Assembly (NCBI GenBank): GCA_964228805.1
Contig: CAXRBE010000121.1
Location: 4,889-68,888, forward strand
Direction of reading: 5' to 3'
From: Burkholderiaceae bacterium
Lineage (GTDB): Bacteria; Pseudomonadota; Gammaproteobacteria; Burkholderiales; Burkholderiaceae_C
DNA length: 64,000 nt
Shown: in pieces, positions 58,834-64,000 of the stretch
Numbering within the stretch: the first letter of the stretch is position 1
Layout: every line of letters begins with the position of its first letter
Made by a program: the position numbers and the translations under genes
The notes under the pieces: model-generated
Told to the model about the DNA's origin: nothing
What the model saw: the letters and a program-made list of their open reading frames with translations, nothing else
The model's database searches: none

Positions 58834-59904
58834 TCATGAGCCATGGATGCGCTGGCAGACCGCATCGGTTACCAGCACGGTGGTGGCTTGGCCGCCGAGG
58901 TCGCCAGTGTGCAGTTTGGGGTCGGCCGTCACCGACTCAATCACCGCCATCAGCTTATCGGCTGCCGCCTGCTCACCCAGGTGCTCCAGCATCATCACGC
59001 AGGACCAGAAGGTGCCAATCGGGTTGGCCAGACCTTTGCCCATGATGTCAAACGCCGAGCCGTGGATGGGCTCGAACATCGAGGGGTAGCGCCGCTCGGG
59101 ATCGATATTGCCGGTGGGAGCGATGCCCAGGCTGCCGGCCAGGGCGGCCGCCAGGTCGCTCAGCACATCGGCATGTAAGTTGGTGGCCACTACCGTGTCA
59201 ATCGAGGCCGGCCGGTTGACCATGCGTGCGGTCATGGCATCCACCAGCTCCTTGTCCCACTTCACATCGGGAAACTCCTTGCTGATCTGTACCGCAATCT
59301 CGTCCCACATCACCATGCCATGGCGCTGGGCGTTGGACTTGGTCACCACGGTCAGCTGCTTGCGCGGGCGTGAGCGCGCCAGCCCGAAGGCAAAACGCAT
59401 GATGCGCTCCACCCCGGCTCGGGTGTGCATGGCCACATCGGTGGCCACCTCGGTCGGGTGTCCCTGGTGCACCCGGCCGCCCACACCGGCGTACTCACCC
59501 TCGGAGTTTTCGCGCACGATCACCCAGTTGAGGTCTTCAACTCTGCATCGCTTGAGCGGCGCATCGATGCCGGGCAGGATGCGGGTAGGGCGCACATTGG
59601 CGTATTGGTCAAAGCCCTGGCAAATTTTCAGGCGCAGGCCCCACAAGGTGATGTGGTCGGGAATATGCGGGTCGCCCGCCGAGCCAAACAGCATGGCGTC
59701 CTTGTCGCGCAAGTCTTCCAGGCCATCGGCCGGCATCATCACACCATGTTGGCGGTAGTAGTCGCCGCCCCAGTCAAACGAGCTGAACTCAAAGCGGAAG
59801 CTGCCCATTTTTTTGGCCAGCACATCCAGCACGGTCTGGCCGGCGGGAATCACTTCCTTGCCAATGCCGTCGCCGGGGATGCAGGCAATCTTGTATGTCT
59901 TCAT
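58834..59904 (-). CDS. ttuC: Tartrate dehydrogenase / D-malate dehydrogenase (decarboxylating)
   Basis: IPGDGIGKEV, PDHITLWG, RENSEGEY, TKSNAQRH and FEPIHGSAFDI motifs. Confidence 0.9.
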   Translation of the reverse strand: MKTYKIACIPGDGIGKEVIPAGQTVLDVLAKKMGSFRFEFSSFDWGGDYYRQHGVMMPADGLEDLRDKDAMLFGSAGDPHIPDHITLWGLRLKICQGFDQYANVRPTRILPGIDAPLKRCRVEDLNWVIVRENSEGEYAGVGGRVHQGHPTEVATDVAMHTRAGVERIMRFAFGLARSRPRKQLTVVTKSNAQRHGMVMWDEIAVQISKEFPDVKWDKELVDAMTARMVNRPASIDTVVATNLHADVLSDLAAALAGSLGIAPTGNIDPERRYPSMFEPIHGSAFDIMGKGLANPIGTFWSCVMMLEHLGEQAAADKLMAVIESVTADPKLHTGDLGGQATTVLVTDAVCQRIHGS

Positions 59905-60019
59905 GAAATTTCTCCTGGGTGGTGTCGGGGTGCAGTCGCGAACTCAGTGCTGGTGCTAGCAGTGCAGGCTGCAACTGTAGTCAACGCTGGTGGGTTATGA
60001 ATGAGGTTAAAGTTTGAAC

Positions 60020-60042
60020 ATTGTTTACCTGGAGTTAACAAT
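60020..60042. promoter_or_regulatory. LysR-type binding site overlapping the regulator start
   Basis: ATTGTTTAC-CTGGA-GTTAACAAT imperfect inverted repeat (8 of 9 positions pair). Confidence 0.5.
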
Positions 60043-60976
60043 GAAAGCAATCACCGGCGCCTCGACCGAAATGGCGTTTTTCAGTCTGTTGGCCCGCTCT
60101 GCCAATCTCTCACAGGCGGCGCGTGCGATGGGGGTATCGACCCCGGCTGTGAGCAAGCGATTGACCCAGATGGAAGCCCGCCTGGGCGTGCAGTTGCTCA
60201 GCCGAACCACCCGCCGGGTCAGCCTGACGCAGGAAGGCGAGACCTATTTGCAGCATGCGCGGCGCATCCTAGCTGATATTGAAGACATGGAGCGATTGGT
60301 CAGTGACGCGGTGGCTGCGCCCCAAGGACTGCTGCGCGTCAATGCCACCCAGGGTTTTGGCCGCAGCCATATCGCACCGTTGATTTCCCGTTTCGTCAAG
60401 CAGCACCCACAAGTGTCAGTGGAGCTTCAGCTCACTGTGAACCCTCCACCCTTGAGCGAAGACGCCTTTGATGTTTGTGTTCACTTTGGTGAGCCACCAG
60501 ATGCACGGGTGATTGCCCGGCAAATTGCGCCCAACCGACGTTTGCTATGCGCAGCCCCGGCCTACCTGGAGCGCCACGGCCTGCCACGCCTGCCACGTGA
60601 TCTGATGCAGCACAACTGCATTGGCATCCGACAGGGGGATGACGGCTACGGCATTTGGAGGCTGAGCTCGGGCCGCCAGCGCGAAACCATCAAGGTGCGC
60701 GGCAACCTCAGCACCACCGATGGCGAAATCGCGGTCAACTGGGCGCTGGATGGCCACGGCATTGTGATGCGTGCCGAGTGGGATGTGGCCAAGTACCTGC
60801 GCAGCGGACGTTTGCGCCAGGTACTGGAAAATTGGCAAACCCCAGCGGCCGACATCCACATGGTCTATGCGCAGCGGCACCAGATGTCGGCCCGGGTGCG
60901 GGCCTTCGTCGATTTCATGGCGCGCCATTTCGAAAAATCGTCGACTCGGGCTGCTGGCCTCTACGGCAACTGGTAA
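60041..60976 (+). CDS. LysR family regulator (DmlR/TtuA-like)
   Basis: HTH LSQAARAMGVSTPAVSKRL; divergent from tartrate dehydrogenase. Confidence 0.9.
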   Translation: MKAITGASTEMAFFSLLARSANLSQAARAMGVSTPAVSKRLTQMEARLGVQLLSRTTRRVSLTQEGETYLQHARRILADIEDMERLVSDAVAAPQGLLRVNATQGFGRSHIAPLISRFVKQHPQVSVELQLTVNPPPLSEDAFDVCVHFGEPPDARVIARQIAPNRRLLCAAPAYLERHGLPRLPRDLMQHNCIGIRQGDDGYGIWRLSSGRQRETIKVRGNLSTTDGEIAVNWALDGHGIVMRAEWDVAKYLRSGRLRQVLENWQTPAADIHMVYAQRHQMSARVRAFVDFMARHFEKSSTRAAGLYGNW

Positions 60977-61064
60977 GGCTAGACGGTGATCGGGCGGTCA
61001 TAGACCTTGCAATTTCTGCGACTTGTGGCACAGTGGCGCAGTACCTAAAAAGGGAAACGCTGCC

Positions 61065-61616
61065 ATGTCATCTGATCGTCTGTTGCGCAGGTTGATGTTG
61101 CTCAGTTCGGTGAGCGCTGTGGCCGCTTGGTTGGCTGCCTGCTCGTCGCCGCCCAAGCCCACTGTCACGGTCTCCAAGGCTCCTTCGCCGCCGCCGCCGG
61201 CGCCGGCGCCCGCCCCGCCCGTGGTGGTGTTGCCGCCGCCTCAGCCGGTGGAGCCAGAGCCGGCCAAGGTCTCGATCGCCCTCAATGCGCGCGATTACCG
61301 CCGCGATGCGGCCAGCCACCTCTATGCCCTCAACAGCGACCGCATCTACTCGGGCAAGCTGCCAGCCATGCTCTATGCGGTGGGTGTGTTGCAGGTGCAT
61401 TTGGACCGGCGTGGCAATGTGACTCAACTGGACTGGATGCGCGCCCCGCGCCATGCACCTGAGGTGATGGCCGAAATCGAGCGCACTGTGCGCGCTGCCG
61501 CCCCGTTTCCGGCGCCACTGCGCATGGGCCGAGTCAACTACACCGACACCTGGCTCTGGCACAAGAGCGGCCGCTTCCAGCTCGACACCCTCACCGAAGG
61601 CCAGGCCTCGGCCTGA
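61065..61616 (+). CDS. Proline-rich hypothetical lipoprotein with a TonB-C-like C-terminal domain
   Basis: Lipobox LAAC, Pro-rich linker, VRAAAPFPAP; the domain call is tentative. Confidence 0.65.
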   Translation: MSSDRLLRRLMLLSSVSAVAAWLAACSSPPKPTVTVSKAPSPPPPAPAPAPPVVVLPPPQPVEPEPAKVSIALNARDYRRDAASHLYALNSDRIYSGKLPAMLYAVGVLQVHLDRRGNVTQLDWMRAPRHAPEVMAEIERTVRAAAPFPAPLRMGRVNYTDTWLWHKSGRFQLDTLTEGQASA

Positions 61617-61622
61617 GCGGTA

Positions 61623-62537
61623 TCAGGCCTTGGGCAGGTCGTCCCACCAACGATCGGTCAACCGGCTTTGCAAGTAGGCAATAAATGCCAGCACCTTGCC
61701 CGGCACCAGCTTGGGCGAGGGAAACACTGCGTTGATCTCTTGCTCGGGCAGTGCATGGCTTTTGAGCACCTCCACGATATGCCCTGAACGCAGCGATTCG
61801 CTGGCCACATAGCGCGGCATGGCGGCAATGCCAAAGCCGTTGCGGGTGGCCGCCAGCACCGCCGACAGATTGTTGGAGCGCAAGGGGCCGGCCACCGGCA
61901 CCGTCACCACCTCACCCTTGGGCGTGCTCAGTCGCCAGACATCGTCGCCCAGCACGCTGCTGTAAATCAGTGCGTCATGGCCAGACAGGTCGCTCGCCTG
62001 GCGCGGTGTGCCCTGGCGGCGCAGGTATTTGGGCGAGGCCACCATGACCCAGGGGTTGGTGCTCAAAAAGCGAGCACCCAGCGCCGAATCAGCCAACTTG
62101 CCCATGCGGATGGCCAGGTCCAGCCCATTGGCCACCAGGTCGGTGTAGCGGTCTTCAAAGCTCAGGTCCAGCTTCACCTGCGGGTGTGCGCGCATAAAGT
62201 CCAGCGCCAGCGGGGTGATCACCCGCCGGCCAAAGGCCACCGAGGTGCTGATGCGCAGCAGCCCGTGGGCCTGGGTCTGGCGCAGCTGCACGATGTTCTC
62301 TGCTTCCTCGGTCTCGCGCACAATGGTTTTGCACTTCTCGTAATAGAGCGCCCCCGATTCGGTGAGGCTGACGCCGCGGGTGTTGCGGTTGAGCAGGCGC
62401 ACCTTGAGGCGTTCCTCCACTGCGGCCACCATTTTGGTGACGGTGGGCTGAGTCACCGAAAACTCGCGCGCCGCCTTGGAAAAGCTGCCGGTTTCCACCA
62501 CCCGGGCAAACACATTCATGGCTAACAGTCGGTCCAT
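61623..62537 (-). CDS. LysR family regulator, probable activator of the gcl operon
   Basis: [26 protein letters not shown]; divergent from gcl. Confidence 0.9.
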   Translation of the reverse strand: MDRLLAMNVFARVVETGSFSKAAREFSVTQPTVTKMVAAVEERLKVRLLNRNTRGVSLTESGALYYEKCKTIVRETEEAENIVQLRQTQAHGLLRISTSVAFGRRVITPLALDFMRAHPQVKLDLSFEDRYTDLVANGLDLAIRMGKLADSALGARFLSTNPWVMVASPKYLRRQGTPRQASDLSGHDALIYSSVLGDDVWRLSTPKGEVVTVPVAGPLRSNNLSAVLAATRNGFGIAAMPRYVASESLRSGHIVEVLKSHALPEQEINAVFPSPKLVPGKVLAFIAYLQSRLTDRWWDDLPKA

Positions 62538-62552
62538 AGGCTGTCCTGATTC

Positions 62553-62567
62553 ATTCCAATTTGGAAT
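62553..62567. promoter_or_regulatory. LysR recognition site (T-N11-A)
   Basis: Perfect 7-1-7 palindrome ATTCCAA-T-TTGGAAT between the LysR gene and gcl. Confidence 0.65.
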
Positions 62568-62655
62568 AGATGTTATGGACTCTTGCCGTCTTCCGCAAGT
62601 GGTCCAGCTTTTTTACAGTCCGACATCGATTAACCACACACAAGGAGACTGTGCC

Positions 62656-64000
<1,345 letters not shown>

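Noticed and set aside
61185-61245. CCG/GCG-rich tandem-like repeats
   Set aside because: They encode the Pro/Ala linker of the lipoprotein and are not an independent repeat.

Overview
A GC-rich bacterial chromosomal window. Gene content and order (desA-rsmB-purN...ribF-ileS-lspA, three stand-alone Bug/TctC receptors) suggest Burkholderiales, probably Comamonadaceae; this is an inference. It holds about 52 CDSs. No rRNA, tRNA, CRISPR array, transposase or integrase was recognised. Housekeeping genes (purN, ribF, ileS, lspA, apaH, a DEAD-box helicase, dcd, gcl) alternate with catabolic modules. (i) A lower-GC block at the left edge: class III CoA-transferase, HMG-CoA-lyase-family lyase and a single-chain LeuD-LeuC-type aconitase. 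(ii) A 13-kb divergent cluster: peptide ABC transporter, diaminopropionate ammonia-lyase, two unrelated carbamoylases, rhodanese, D-aminoacylase and MlrC-type peptidase. (iii) TauD / DUF3237 / IorAB-like / TRAP. (iv) Tartrate-glycerate-glyoxylate genes. The clearest structural signal is a 719-bp integrase-less higBA toxin-antitoxin cassette at the 3' end of dcd. It is flanked by two copies of the last 12 dcd codons that differ only at three synonymous positions, as expected for a gene-restoring integration of a small circle. Also notable are a tandem 22-bp-period palindromic operator between purN and an acyl-CoA dehydrogenase pair, and an 89-bp insert between ileS and lspA that forms a doubly coupled (TGATG...TGATG) small ORF. 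Functional calls come from recognising motifs by eye; no database searches were run.
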